Below are positions 24,721 to 34,518 of a DNA stretch of 64,000 bases, piece after piece. The notes under the pieces were generated by a model. That model saw only the letters and a list, made by a program, of their open reading frames with translations, ran no database searches and was not told where the DNA came from. The first letter of the stretch is position 1; each line of letters starts with the position of its first letter. The DNA is from Parcubacteria bacterium C7867-008 (GTDB lineage: Bacteria > Patescibacteriota > Minisyncoccia > Phycocordibacterales > Phycocordibacteraceae): contig LFCR01000004.1 of the NCBI GenBank assembly GCA_001189215.1, positions 249,635 to 313,634 on the forward strand. The letters run 5' to 3'. Made by a program: the position numbers and the translations under genes.

Positions 24721-27700
24721 ATGTCCCGCTTCGTTCACCTCCACACCCACTCCCACTACTCCTTCTTGGAGGCGCTCCCTAAGATCCCAGATCTTGTTAA
24801 GAAAGCAGCCGAAGCTGAGATGCCCGCACTTGCTCTCACTGATTCTGGCAACATGCATGGAGCTGTTGAGTTCTATAAAGCAATGCAGAAGAAAGGTATG
24901 AATCCAATACTTGGTGTTGATGCGCACGTTGCACCTCGTACCCGGCATGATAAGGATCCACATCTTGATGCGAAACGTACACGCATTGTGTTGCTCGCAG
25001 AAAATGACGAGGGATATAAGAATCTGTTGAAGTTAGTGAGCCTTGCATATACAGAAGGATTCTTTGAGAAACCTCGTGTCGATCGTGAGCTTCTTAGAAA
25101 ACATTCAGCCGGTCTGATTGCGATCATTCCATCCTTTGCTGGTGATGTTGCTCGTCTACTTGCGTCTGGAGATGCAAATGGTGCCGCAGCGGCACTTGCA
25201 GAGTATGTGAGTATTTTTGGTACAGAGAATTTGTTCTTGGAGATAACGCATCATCCTAAGGTACCGGGGCACGAGGACCGCATGAAGAAGATAATTGCAC
25301 TTGGTAAGAGTGCTGGTGTTGAAGTGGTGGCACAGCATGACGTCTACTATCTCAAACCGGACGATCGTGAAGCAACAGAAGTGATGCGTCGTATTGCGTA
25401 TGGAAGTCGTGGACAGAATGAGGAGGAAGATTTCTCTTTTGTAACGGAGAAACAAATGAATGAATGGTTCGCACACATACCAGATGCCGTTACTCGTTCT
25501 GGAGATATTGCTGCACGCTGCAAGGTAACCCTTGATCTTGGTAGCTGGAACTTCCCTAATGTTCAAATCCCGGAAGGAACCACGCATGAAGGAGAGCTGC
25601 GTAAGAAGACCATGGATGGTCTCTCTATGCGTGGCATGGAACTTACGGAAGAAGTTAAACAGCGTATGGAATACGAGCTGGAAATCATCATTGGTAAGGG
25701 CTTTGCACCATACTTCCTCTGTGTATCTGATCTTCTTACTCACGCTAAGAGCAAGGGTATTCTCACCACCACTCGAGGCTCTGCCGCAGGCTCACTCGTG
25801 TCATACCTCACCGGTATAACCAACGTAGATCCGATCGCATACAAACTTCCCTTCGAACGTTTCCTTAATCCAGAACGTCCCAAAGCACCGGATATCGATA
25901 TGGACTTCGCCGACAACAGGCGTGACGAAATGATTGCGTACGCAAAGGAGAAGTATGGAGAGGATCACGTGGCGCAGATCGGTACGTTCGGAACGATGAT
26001 GGCGCGCGCTGCGGTGCGTGATGTGAGTCGGGCACTCGGGCATGCATACGGAACGGGTGATCGTATTGCAAAGCTCATTCCTATGGGCTCACAAGGCTTC
26101 CCTATGACTATCAAGCGTGCCATGGAGATGGAGCCGGAACTCAAGTCTCTATATGAAGGTGATGACGATGTTAGAGAAATAATTGATCTAGCAACACGTA
26201 TCGAAGGATGTGCCCGGCATACTGGTGTACATGCTGCGGGCGTGGTTATCGCGCCCACTCCTCTAACCGACTGGACTCCCCTCCAGGTTGACCAGCGAAC
26301 CGGCAAACTTATTACGCAGTACGACATGCATGCCGTTGAGGAAGCAGGCCTCCTTAAGTTCGACTTCCTTGGTATCAAGAACTTAGCGATTCTCTCCGAT
26401 GCTATTGATCGTGTGCGTGAGACGCGTGGCATGTACATCGATATTGAAACCATTCCGGTAGATGACGAAAAGACCTTCGCTATGCTCGCACGTGGAGACA
26501 CCGAAGGCCTCTTCCAATTAAACGGCTCTGGCATGACGCGCTATCTCAAGGAGCTTCGTCCAACGACCATTCACGACATCAACGCAATGGTAGCGCTCTA
26601 TCGTCCAGGACCTATGGACGTGATTCCTGAATATATTCAAAGAAAAAACAATCCGAAACTTATAAGGTACCTAGATCCACGCATGGAGAAATTCCTTGAT
26701 GCGTCGTACGGACTGTTGGTGTATCAGGACGACCTTTTGTACTGCGCCGTGTATCTTGCAGGATACTCATGGGGAGACGTAGACAAATTCCGTAAGGCAA
26801 TCGGAAAGAAGATTCCTGCGGAAATGGCTGCACAGAAGGAACAGTTTGTTGAAGGAATCATCTCTAATGGACGGGACAAGGCCTTTGCAGAAAAGTTGTG
26901 GTTGCTGTTTGAACCCTTTCAGGCATACGGTTTCAACAAAGCCCATGCAGCGTGCTATGGAAAAGTGGCATACCAGACGGCATATATGAAGGCGAACTAC
27001 CCAGTCGAATACATGGCTGCGGTACTGACCGCTGACGCTGGGGACACTGAGTCCATCGCCATCTTTGTTGAAGAATGTGAACGTCTTGGTATTCCCGTGC
27101 TGCCTCCCGATATAAATGAAAGTGGTACCGACTTCACTGTGGTAGCAAGTACTGAAGGAGGTCCGATAGACGCGATTCGTTTTGGTCTCACCACTATCAA
27201 GAACTTTGGTGAAGGAATCTCAGAAGCCATTCTCTCTGAGCGCATGAAGGGTGGTCCGTTCAATTCACTAGCAGAGTTCTTATCTCGCGTGGCAAACAAG
27301 AGTCTTAATAGAAAGTCTTTGGAATCGCTCATTAAGTGTGGGGCACTTGATCGCTTTGGTGAACGTAGTGATCTTCTACGAAATATTGAAACGCTTCTTG
27401 CCTTTCATCGTGATGCAACGGCCGAGGCACCCCAGGATTCTTTATTTGGTGGCATGATGGCAGCTCCCGTACTCGTTCTTCCACCTGCAACCGAAAGCAC
27501 CTCTCTTTCAGAAATGCTTATCTGGGAAAAAGATCTTCTTGGTATTTATGTTTCGGGTCATCCTCTTGATGCACACGAAGCATCCCTTGCTAAAGCAAGC
27601 GGTTCAATCGCAACGCTTAAAGCTGAAGCACAGGCAGGGCGTCCCGTTATATTGCCAGTTCTCCTTATTGAGATTCGCACTCTCCTCACAAAGAAAGGAG

Positions 27701-27882
27701 ATAAGATGGCATTCGTTAAGTTTGAAGACAAAACTGATTCTATTGAAGGAGTTATCTTCCCGAAGATTTATCAAGAGCATGCTGCGCATTTAAATGTTGG
27801 TACATGTCTCTTGGTTAAAGCGACGGTATCTGGACGTAATGGAGAGACGTCACTTGCCGTAGAGAACTTAAAGGTGCTGTGA
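24721..27882 (+). CDS. dnaE: DNA polymerase III alpha subunit
   Basis: PHP domain HLHTHSHYS, RGSAAGSLV, PDIDMDF, GFNKAHA, C-terminal OB fold. Confidence 0.97.
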   Translation: MSRFVHLHTHSHYSFLEALPKIPDLVKKAAEAEMPALALTDSGNMHGAVEFYKAMQKKGMNPILGVDAHVAPRTRHDKDPHLDAKRTRIVLLAENDEGYKNLLKLVSLAYTEGFFEKPRVDRELLRKHSAGLIAIIPSFAGDVARLLASGDANGAAAALAEYVSIFGTENLFLEITHHPKVPGHEDRMKKIIALGKSAGVEVVAQHDVYYLKPDDREATEVMRRIAYGSRGQNEEEDFSFVTEKQMNEWFAHIPDAVTRSGDIAARCKVTLDLGSWNFPNVQIPEGTTHEGELRKKTMDGLSMRGMELTEEVKQRMEYELEIIIGKGFAPYFLCVSDLLTHAKSKGILTTTRGSAAGSLVSYLTGITNVDPIAYKLPFERFLNPERPKAPDIDMDFADNRRDEMIAYAKEKYGEDHVAQIGTFGTMMARAAVRDVSRALGHAYGTGDRIAKLIPMGSQGFPMTIKRAMEMEPELKSLYEGDDDVREIIDLATRIEGCARHTGVHAAGVVIAPTPLTDWTPLQVDQRTGKLITQYDMHAVEEAGLLKFDFLGIKNLAILSDAIDRVRETRGMYIDIETIPVDDEKTFAMLARGDTEGLFQLNGSGMTRYLKELRPTTIHDINAMVALYRPGPMDVIPEYIQRKNNPKLIRYLDPRMEKFLDASYGLLVYQDDLLYCAVYLAGYSWGDVDKFRKAIGKKIPAEMAAQKEQFVEGIISNGRDKAFAEKLWLLFEPFQAYGFNKAHAACYGKVAYQTAYMKANYPVEYMAAVLTADAGDTESIAIFVEECERLGIPVLPPDINESGTDFTVVASTEGGPIDAIRFGLTTIKNFGEGISEAILSERMKGGPFNSLAEFLSRVANKSLNRKSLESLIKCGALDRFGERSDLLRNIETLLAFHRDATAEAPQDSLFGGMMAAPVLVLPPATESTSLSEMLIWEKDLLGIYVSGHPLDAHEASLAKASGSIATLKAEAQAGRPVILPVLLIEIRTLLTKKGDKMAFVKFEDKTDSIEGVIFPKIYQEHAAHLNVGTCLLVKATVSGRNGETSLAVENLKVL

Positions 27883-27919
27883 TATAGTCGCGACATCCCA
27901 ACCAAGGAGGGTTACGGGG

Positions 27920-28081
27920 ATGCGCACGAAGAGAAAAGCAACTGGTTCCAAGCGACATCGCGGACGGGTTGTGCGACGAAAGGTACGCCAGTTCCGCAAG
28001 CAGCTTCAGAGCCGAAACCCTCTGGGGGAACGACTTAAGCTGGAGTTTGGGAGACTTAAGCGTCGCTCATACTGGCGGTGA
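27920..28081 (+). CDS. Putative 53-aa highly basic peptide
   Basis: AGGAGG SD, ATG..TGA, terminator 28092-28122; not in the ORF track. Confidence 0.5.
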   Translation: MRTKRKATGSKRHRGRVVRRKVRQFRKQLQSRNPLGERLKLEFGRLKRRSYWR

Positions 28082-28143
28082 GCCATGAACGAGGGGGCGG
28101 CCGCAGGGCCGCCCTTTTCCTTTATTATGGTATTCTCATCCCT

Positions 28144-29895
28144 ATGGTAACCCTCGAAGAAAAGCGTCATACATTGGCCCATTTACTTGCTGCAGCAGTG
28201 CAGGAACGCTACTCTCACGCAAAAGCAACCATTGGTCCAGCTATTGATAATGGCTTCTATTACGACTTTGATTTCTCGGGTGGTGAAGCTCCAAAAGAAG
28301 CAGATCTGATTGAACTTGAGAACACGATGCGTGAACTCCTTCCTTCTTGGGAGAAGATGATTGGCACAGAAGTATCTGAAGCAGACGCTCGCGCTCGCTT
28401 TGCGGGTAACGCATTTAAGTTAGAGATTATTGATGGCATCGTTGCTGCTGGAGAAAAAATAACTCTGTACACTGCCGGGGATTTCACCGATCTCTGCCGT
28501 GGTGGCCATAGTGAGCATCCTTCCAAAGACATTAAGTCTGATTCGTTCACTCTTGATCGTGTTGCCGGTGCATATTGGCGTGGTGACGAAACAAAGCCGA
28601 TGCTAACGCGCATTTATGGTCTGGCATTTGATACTAAAGAAGAAACAGAGGCCTATGTAGCTGAGCGTGAAGAAGCAAAGCAACGCGACCACAAGAAACT
28701 TGGTAAGGAACTCGATCTCTTCTTTATTGATGAGAAGGTTGGTAAGGGACTTCCCCTTTGGACACCGAAAGGTACTGCAGTGAAGTTTGAGATGGAGAAT
28801 TTTGCTCGTGCACTTGAACGTTCCTATGGGTATGAGCATGTCTCAACACCGTACCTAGGTGCTGAAGAACTGTATCGTACCTCTGGTCACCTCGATCACT
28901 ACAGCCACAACATGTATGCGCCAATCGATATGGATGGTGATACGTTCTACCTCCGGCCAATGGCCTGCCCGCATCACATTCGCATGTATCAGCGTAAGCC
29001 ATGGAGTTATCGTGATCTTCCGGTTCGCTATGCAGAGATTGCAGACTATAACCGCTATGAGAAGTCCGGTGAGCTTATGGGTATGATTCGTGTTCGTAAG
29101 TTCCAGCTTTCAGATGGTCACATCTTTGTTACTCCAGAAGGACTCAAGGAAGAGTTCAAGAACGTGTGCCGCATGATCGTTGAGGGCATGAAGGGTCTTG
29201 GTCTTATTGATATTGTTTCGTATCGCTTCTCTAAGCGTGACCCGAACAACAAAGAGAAATACTATCCAGACGATGAGTTATGGAACCATGCAGAAGCACT
29301 CATGAAGGAAGCCCTTGATGAACTTGGTTTCGACTATGTTGAAGCAGAAGATGAGGCAGCATTCTATGGCCCAAAGCTCGATGTGCAAGCACGCAATGTA
29401 AACGGTAAGGAGGACACACTCTTCACTGCACAAATGGACTTCCTCCTCCCTGAGAAGTTCGACATTGAATACACGGATGCTACCGGACAAAAGAAGCGTC
29501 CCGTTATGATTCACCGTTCAACGATTGGTAGCCTAGAACGAGTATTTGGTTTCCTAATAGAACACTATGGTGGCGCCTTCCCTACCTGGCTCGCACCAGT
29601 ACAGGTGAAGATTCTTCCTATTTCAGCTGAGAAGCATCTTGAGTATGGAAAAGAAATACTTGCGCAGCTTATTGATGCCGGTGTGCGTGCTGAACTCGAT
29701 GATGCCAGCGATTCATTAGGTAAACGTATTCGTGCAGCTAAAGGTGAGAAGGTTCCATATGTACTAGTAATTGGTGATTCAGAGACTGAGGCCAAAACCG
29801 TTACCGTTGAGAGTCGTGATAACGGCAAGCAAGATGCGGTACCAGTGAATGAGTTTGTGTCAGCGATTCAAAAAGAGATTACGGAACGAGCGTAG
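28144..29895 (+). CDS. thrS: Threonine--tRNA ligase (lacks the N-terminal TGS domain)
   Basis: RHTLAHLLA, DLCRGGH, RDHKKLG, RPMACPHH, FYGPKLD, PVMIHR. Confidence 0.96.
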   Translation: MVTLEEKRHTLAHLLAAAVQERYSHAKATIGPAIDNGFYYDFDFSGGEAPKEADLIELENTMRELLPSWEKMIGTEVSEADARARFAGNAFKLEIIDGIVAAGEKITLYTAGDFTDLCRGGHSEHPSKDIKSDSFTLDRVAGAYWRGDETKPMLTRIYGLAFDTKEETEAYVAEREEAKQRDHKKLGKELDLFFIDEKVGKGLPLWTPKGTAVKFEMENFARALERSYGYEHVSTPYLGAEELYRTSGHLDHYSHNMYAPIDMDGDTFYLRPMACPHHIRMYQRKPWSYRDLPVRYAEIADYNRYEKSGELMGMIRVRKFQLSDGHIFVTPEGLKEEFKNVCRMIVEGMKGLGLIDIVSYRFSKRDPNNKEKYYPDDELWNHAEALMKEALDELGFDYVEAEDEAAFYGPKLDVQARNVNGKEDTLFTAQMDFLLPEKFDIEYTDATGQKKRPVMIHRSTIGSLERVFGFLIEHYGGAFPTWLAPVQVKILPISAEKHLEYGKEILAQLIDAGVRAELDDASDSLGKRIRAAKGEKVPYVLVIGDSETEAKTVTVESRDNGKQDAVPVNEFVSAIQKEITERA

Positions 29896-29955
29896 CGAAA
29901 AAGAAAGCACCGGAACTAGAGGTTCCGGTGCTTTTTCTTTCGCCCCACAGAACCC

Positions 29956-30195
29956 TCATTCTAGATTGCGTCTCGAAGAGACGATCAGTTCCCGGCTGAA
30001 TGCTTCCGTGGTCTTGTTGACGGTGCTCGTCATTTGCACTCCAGTGTCGCGGATCGAGTCATCGTACGCAAACCCGATCGTTACGAGGAGTACAGAAAGT
30101 CCTGCAATAATCCATCCCCAGGGCAGAGAAGGGACCATGGGACTGGGTGGCTGGCGCGGGTCGTAGAACCTCTTAAGATCTGGACGTTCGCTCAT
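29956..30195 (-). CDS. Small single-TM hypothetical protein
   Basis: One hydrophobic segment; bounded by terminators at ~29898-29942 and ~30254-30290. Confidence 0.5.
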   Translation of the reverse strand: MSERPDLKRFYDPRQPPSPMVPSLPWGWIIAGLSVLLVTIGFAYDDSIRDTGVQMTSTVNKTTEAFSRELIVSSRRNLE

Positions 30196-30299
30196 CTGCG
30201 TTCCCTGTTGTTTGGCATTACTGCCCTGTCTAAGACGGTACTCCTGTTTGTATAAAAAGAAAGCGCCCGCAGTGCGGACGCTTTCTTTTTATTAACGGT

Positions 30300-32465
30300 T
30301 TATCCGTTCACAATCGCAAGTGCACGAGTTGCTGCAAGCTTTGCGCCAGTCATACCAGCGGAGTAGCTTGAATCGATAGCGGTTGCAAGAGACGAGACGA
30401 GACGCTCGAGGAAGTTCGTTGCACAGTCTGAGGTGATGCGTGCAATCTCTGGGTGACACGGAGTGCCGTCCATACGTGCACGATAGGCATCATCAAGTGC
30501 ACAGACTGCATGTGCAAGGAATTCCTGTGCATCACCACCCGTACGATTTACGGTACGAAGGGTGCCGAATACCTGTTCACGATCTCCTGAAAGGAGTGCG
30601 CCAAGGAAGCCGGAGATATCATCTGAATACGTGAGTACTTCTGTGGGTGCAGTAACAGGTGTTGGTGCTACCTGAGGCAGTACTTCTTCCTGAACCACTG
30701 GCTTTGCGGTACGTGGTGCCATGTCTCCATCATACGATGGTACTGATGTCTCTTGTACCTGTTCTAGGTGAGGAGTGAATACCATACCTGACTCGCGGGA
30801 TAGACCTTTTACAATGTCATCAATCGTGAGTGCTTCACCAGACGCAAAGGACTTGAATCCATGCTGCTGGAGCTGTTGTGCCGGAGCCTGTGGAGCTGCT
30901 GCGATCTGTACTGGCTCGATGTGTGCAACTGGAGCAGGTTCATATGTTGGAACAGGTTCAGGTGCGTATACCGGCTCAGGTTCAACTGCCGTGTCTGCGT
31001 TGATTGCTTCCTGTACGTTTGCACCGAATGTCTTAGCACGACGCAGTAGCAGTGGCATACCTGCAAAGAGTATCAGGTATGCTGCTGCACCGCTCCAAAG
31101 CACGAGAGTGATCCAGTAGATCGCAGTGCCAACCGGACCAAGCTCTAGACCGGTATACGGAATCTGAGAGAGGTACACGGATGCAAGTGGCTGTGAGGAT
31201 GCGAGCGTTACGTGCGGACGACTACGCCCACCTCCGCCATGACCTCCACCTCCGCCACCTCCTCCACTATCAGTGTTAATGGTGACTTCCGCCTTACACT
31301 TCGGGTTCGAGGTATCACCAGGAACACTCAGTTGATATGAGGTGTTTGATGTTGGATTAACAACCTTAGTACCGTTAAGTGGTACGGTCTCACCATTAAG
31401 AGTTGCAGACGTTACGTCCTGTGTAGTCCAGGTAAGGAGAACAGCATCACCTTCATCGACAGAAGTCTTGTCTGCGGTAAGCAGTACACACTTTCCGCTA
31501 CCTCCGCCTCCTCCAGGAGGAGTTGTTGGTGGTGTGTTAGTAACAGTTACGGTAACTGTACAAGGATTGCTTCCAACAGCATCAGGCACGGTTGCGACAT
31601 ACGTAGTGTTTGCACTAACAGGAGTAACAGCAACTGATCCAAATGGAATCTGCGTAAAGGTACCAACACCATTGTTGATGGTTATTGATGTCGCATTCGC
31701 AGATGTCTGCCATGAGAGCTGTACCGTCTCACCTGGAGTGATGTTTGTCTTACTTGCACTCAGCGCAAGACACTTGGGTACTTCAGGTATTACTGGTGGG
31801 ATAACTGGTGGGATAACTGGTGGAATTACTGGTGGAATTACTGGTGGAATTACTGGAGTGGTTGGAATTTCCGGCGGAGTCGTAATAATTGGAGGTTGTA
31901 GTGGAATTTCCGGCGGCACTAGTGGTGTTGTTGGTAGCGTACAACACGGAGGCGTGTCGATGATTACTGGGGGTGTTGGAGGGACCTCGGGAGGCACTAT
32001 CGGTGTAGTCGGCAGAGTACAACACGGAGGGGTATCAACAATAACGGGTGGTGGCAGAACAGGCTCCTCTATAACGGGAGGAGTGGTTGGTAGCGTACAA
32101 CACGGGGGTGTGTCTACGATCACTGGCGGAGGAAGCACAGGTGGCTCTGGGACCGGAGGTGTTGTTGGGATAGTACAACACGGAGGTGTGTCGACAATAA
32201 CCGGTGGTGGAAGTGCCGGTGGTTCTGGTTCTGGCGCTGGAGGTAGCGGAATTGGTGGAGGCGGTAGCGGAATTGGTGGAGGTGTTGTTGGGATAGTACA
32301 ACACGGAGGGGTATCAAATACCTGAGCCATCACCTTATCTGGTGATGTAATACCCGTAGCAAATGCTACGGTCATACCAACTGAAAGTACAGCGAGCACT
32401 GCGAACAACCCCGTTCGAAACGGATGCACCTGCGCGCGTGGGTTGTGTTCTTGTGTAGACTCCAT
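30300..32465 (-). CDS. Surface protein with DTPPCC Pro-rich repeats, Ig-like domains, IPYTG sortase-like motif, TM and cytoplasmic domain
   Basis: Signal/TM N-terminus, five DTPPCCTxPTTP repeats, (VIPP)n tract, two beta-rich domains, LSQIPYTG followed by a hydrophobic helix and RR. Confidence 0.8.
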   Translation of the reverse strand: MESTQEHNPRAQVHPFRTGLFAVLAVLSVGMTVAFATGITSPDKVMAQVFDTPPCCTIPTTPPPIPLPPPPIPLPPAPEPEPPALPPPVIVDTPPCCTIPTTPPVPEPPVLPPPVIVDTPPCCTLPTTPPVIEEPVLPPPVIVDTPPCCTLPTTPIVPPEVPPTPPVIIDTPPCCTLPTTPLVPPEIPLQPPIITTPPEIPTTPVIPPVIPPVIPPVIPPVIPPVIPEVPKCLALSASKTNITPGETVQLSWQTSANATSITINNGVGTFTQIPFGSVAVTPVSANTTYVATVPDAVGSNPCTVTVTVTNTPPTTPPGGGGGSGKCVLLTADKTSVDEGDAVLLTWTTQDVTSATLNGETVPLNGTKVVNPTSNTSYQLSVPGDTSNPKCKAEVTINTDSGGGGGGGGHGGGGRSRPHVTLASSQPLASVYLSQIPYTGLELGPVGTAIYWITLVLWSGAAAYLILFAGMPLLLRRAKTFGANVQEAINADTAVEPEPVYAPEPVPTYEPAPVAHIEPVQIAAAPQAPAQQLQQHGFKSFASGEALTIDDIVKGLSRESGMVFTPHLEQVQETSVPSYDGDMAPRTAKPVVQEEVLPQVAPTPVTAPTEVLTYSDDISGFLGALLSGDREQVFGTLRTVNRTGGDAQEFLAHAVCALDDAYRARMDGTPCHPEIARITSDCATNFLERLVSSLATAIDSSYSAGMTGAKLAATRALAIVNG
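31788..31858. repeat. 12-bp tandem repeat encoding (VIPP)n
   Basis: 5-6 copies of actggtgg(g/a)at(a/t). Confidence 0.8.
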
Positions 32466-32604
32466 AGATTCAGTTGATTCGCTCTGGTAAATAATGATTG
32501 GTGAAATAAGCCCCTGCCGCTTGTGCGGCGTACAAAAAAGGGAGAGTAGTGGCGGCGGGTTGTTTCAAGACCCGCCGCACACCAAGATGAAGTTACCTTC
32601 TCGA

Positions 32605-33645
32605 TCAGTTGAACGTGAAGGGCGTCGCGATCAGGCGATGCTCAGGCCCATAGGACCCGGTGGCCGCCTTGCCATTCGAGTAGAGCGGCTTTCCGTCCGG
32701 CTTCTCGAGGTCGACGCAGGCGATCACGACCTGCCACTGCAGGTCAGGTGGCCCGAAGATGCTGACCGTCTGTTCTTCTTCAACGAAACGGACTTCGTTG
32801 CTGCCAACCCCCGAATTCACATCGAGGTTCTTGACCGAAGTGATGGTGCCGTCGTCGATCAAGCGAAGGACGTGAGCTTCCGGTTCGCGGAAGCTGCAGT
32901 TCTTGGACTCGCAGTCCTTGCTGAAAGGCTTCTTCTGCCCACCGGGCAGTTGAATCGTCAGCGGACACTTACTGAGCGTCTTGAGGTCATGGTCTCCCAC
33001 CACCTCGTAACGGAACACGCGCGAGCGCGGCGGAAGGCGATAGACGAGCTCCACGCAGTGGATCTCGACGACGACTCCCTCCGGTTCATGGTGTTCACCA
33101 CGCTTCGGGTTAGAGCAGTCCGGGAACATAACGTTGTCGCCGTTGTGCCAGATATAGGTCTCGGTCGGAGAGAGCTTGCGGTGCATGCAGCCGAGGATGG
33201 TTTGATATCCGCCGTCCTGCGCATGCAGGCAGTCCATGCTCCACTCGGTCGCGCGTTCTGCGGCAGTGGGCACTCGCCGCTGGAAGTGCTCGACGTAGGC
33301 GATCGTTCCTTCGAGGGTCAGGCCGGGTGCTTTGACCCGGAAAGATTCCCAGTAGTTCCGAATGCTGGCGCAAGACCCATCGGTCTTGCAGCGTTCGGGA
33401 TCGATCACGGCGTTGTAGTCGCTGGTGCGCTTGTAGACCGCGCGCATCTTCTTGGCCAGATCTTGCGGGGACGTGTTGCCCCGAAGAAACGGCAGATTGT
33501 GCTCGCGCTGTGACGTGGAAGTCACTTCCGCGAGAATCGAAGAAGACACGGCAGTGACTGCCATGCGTTCCGCCATCGTCCCTGCAGACGCCGCCCCCGC
33601 CGTGAAGGCGAAGAGCAGCGCCAGGGCGGTGAGCTTGAGCTTCAT
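32605..33645 (-). CDS. Hypothetical secreted protein (GC-rich ORFan)
   Basis: Signal peptide MKLKLTALALLFAFTAGAASA, GGGAG SD, several Cys; GC content higher than the flanks. Confidence 0.7.
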   Translation of the reverse strand: MKLKLTALALLFAFTAGAASAGTMAERMAVTAVSSSILAEVTSTSQREHNLPFLRGNTSPQDLAKKMRAVYKRTSDYNAVIDPERCKTDGSCASIRNYWESFRVKAPGLTLEGTIAYVEHFQRRVPTAAERATEWSMDCLHAQDGGYQTILGCMHRKLSPTETYIWHNGDNVMFPDCSNPKRGEHHEPEGVVVEIHCVELVYRLPPRSRVFRYEVVGDHDLKTLSKCPLTIQLPGGQKKPFSKDCESKNCSFREPEAHVLRLIDDGTITSVKNLDVNSGVGSNEVRFVEEEQTVSIFGPPDLQWQVVIACVDLEKPDGKPLYSNGKAATGSYGPEHRLIATPFTFN

Positions 33646-33757
33646 CTCTTTTCTCCCTGTTGCCGCCCCGTAGGGCGGACTGGTGAAAGGTTCAGGTTTC
33701 CCTCCCTTGCGGGTGAGTCTCGTACAATTGCTTGCAACGAGCGATCTGACCAGAGCA

Positions 33758-34417
33758 CTAGGCTCCGATCAGGTCGCTCTTCACAAGGTTCGCCGTAACG
33801 ACGAAGCGATCAGACTTGGTACCGAATGAGTTACAGGTTGCAAGAGTAAGCTTGCTTCCAGTAACGACGAGCGGAATTGAGTCAGACTCTGCATCTGCCT
33901 TTACGACGGTCTCAACGGCATATTCATACACATGGTCTGAACCAATGACCTTGATACGGTCGCCGGGCTTCAGATCCTGAATGCCATCGAAGGCCTTGAA
34001 TGCGGGATTGTTCACAATCGGCAGATAACTTGAGTGGCCAAATATGATTACATTCCCTGCCTCCCCAAGATTTGATGAAGACGGGTATCGGACAGCACCT
34101 TTGAGGAGTGCGTTGTCCAACACCGATACTTCAGATGAATCTGGGTTCGATACAGTAACAGAGAGCTTGATACTTGGGATCTCAATCTTGGTAGGTGACT
34201 CCGGACGAGTAGTTACGGCCTGTATAGCAGATGCTGTCAGGTTGGTAGCTACTTTTACCGGAGCCACAGGAACGAGATCCAGAGCAATAAGGGAGCTATA
34301 TGAGGTGAGGAATACCAATGCGAAAGCAACCATGAAGCTCCACTTCTTGGTTGAAACCTTCTGCCCGGCCTGCACGCTCTTAGCGGCGACCTTGATTATT
34401 GGTCCTTTTGTTGCCAT
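33758..34417 (-). CDS. Sortase
   Basis: N-terminal TM, GNVIIFGH (His), LTLATC (Cys), downstream Arg in DRFVV. Confidence 0.9.
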   Translation of the reverse strand: MATKGPIIKVAAKSVQAGQKVSTKKWSFMVAFALVFLTSYSSLIALDLVPVAPVKVATNLTASAIQAVTTRPESPTKIEIPSIKLSVTVSNPDSSEVSVLDNALLKGAVRYPSSSNLGEAGNVIIFGHSSYLPIVNNPAFKAFDGIQDLKPGDRIKVIGSDHVYEYAVETVVKADAESDSIPLVVTGSKLTLATCNSFGTKSDRFVVTANLVKSDLIGA

Positions 34418-34518
34418 ATCGTCTTACTCATATTTACATCATAAGAACACTGTTGTCAAGCCCTGCTTCATATTCTGATACTTGACACTATATAGTGAAC
34501 GTGGTAAACACTACATAT

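Noticed and set aside
31342-32325. 327-aa Gly-rich plus-strand ORF
   Set aside because: Mirror of the Pro-rich codons of 30300-32465
32494-33513. 339-aa plus-strand ORF
   Set aside because: Antisense shadow of the GC-rich minus-strand gene 32605-33645, which has the signal peptide and SD
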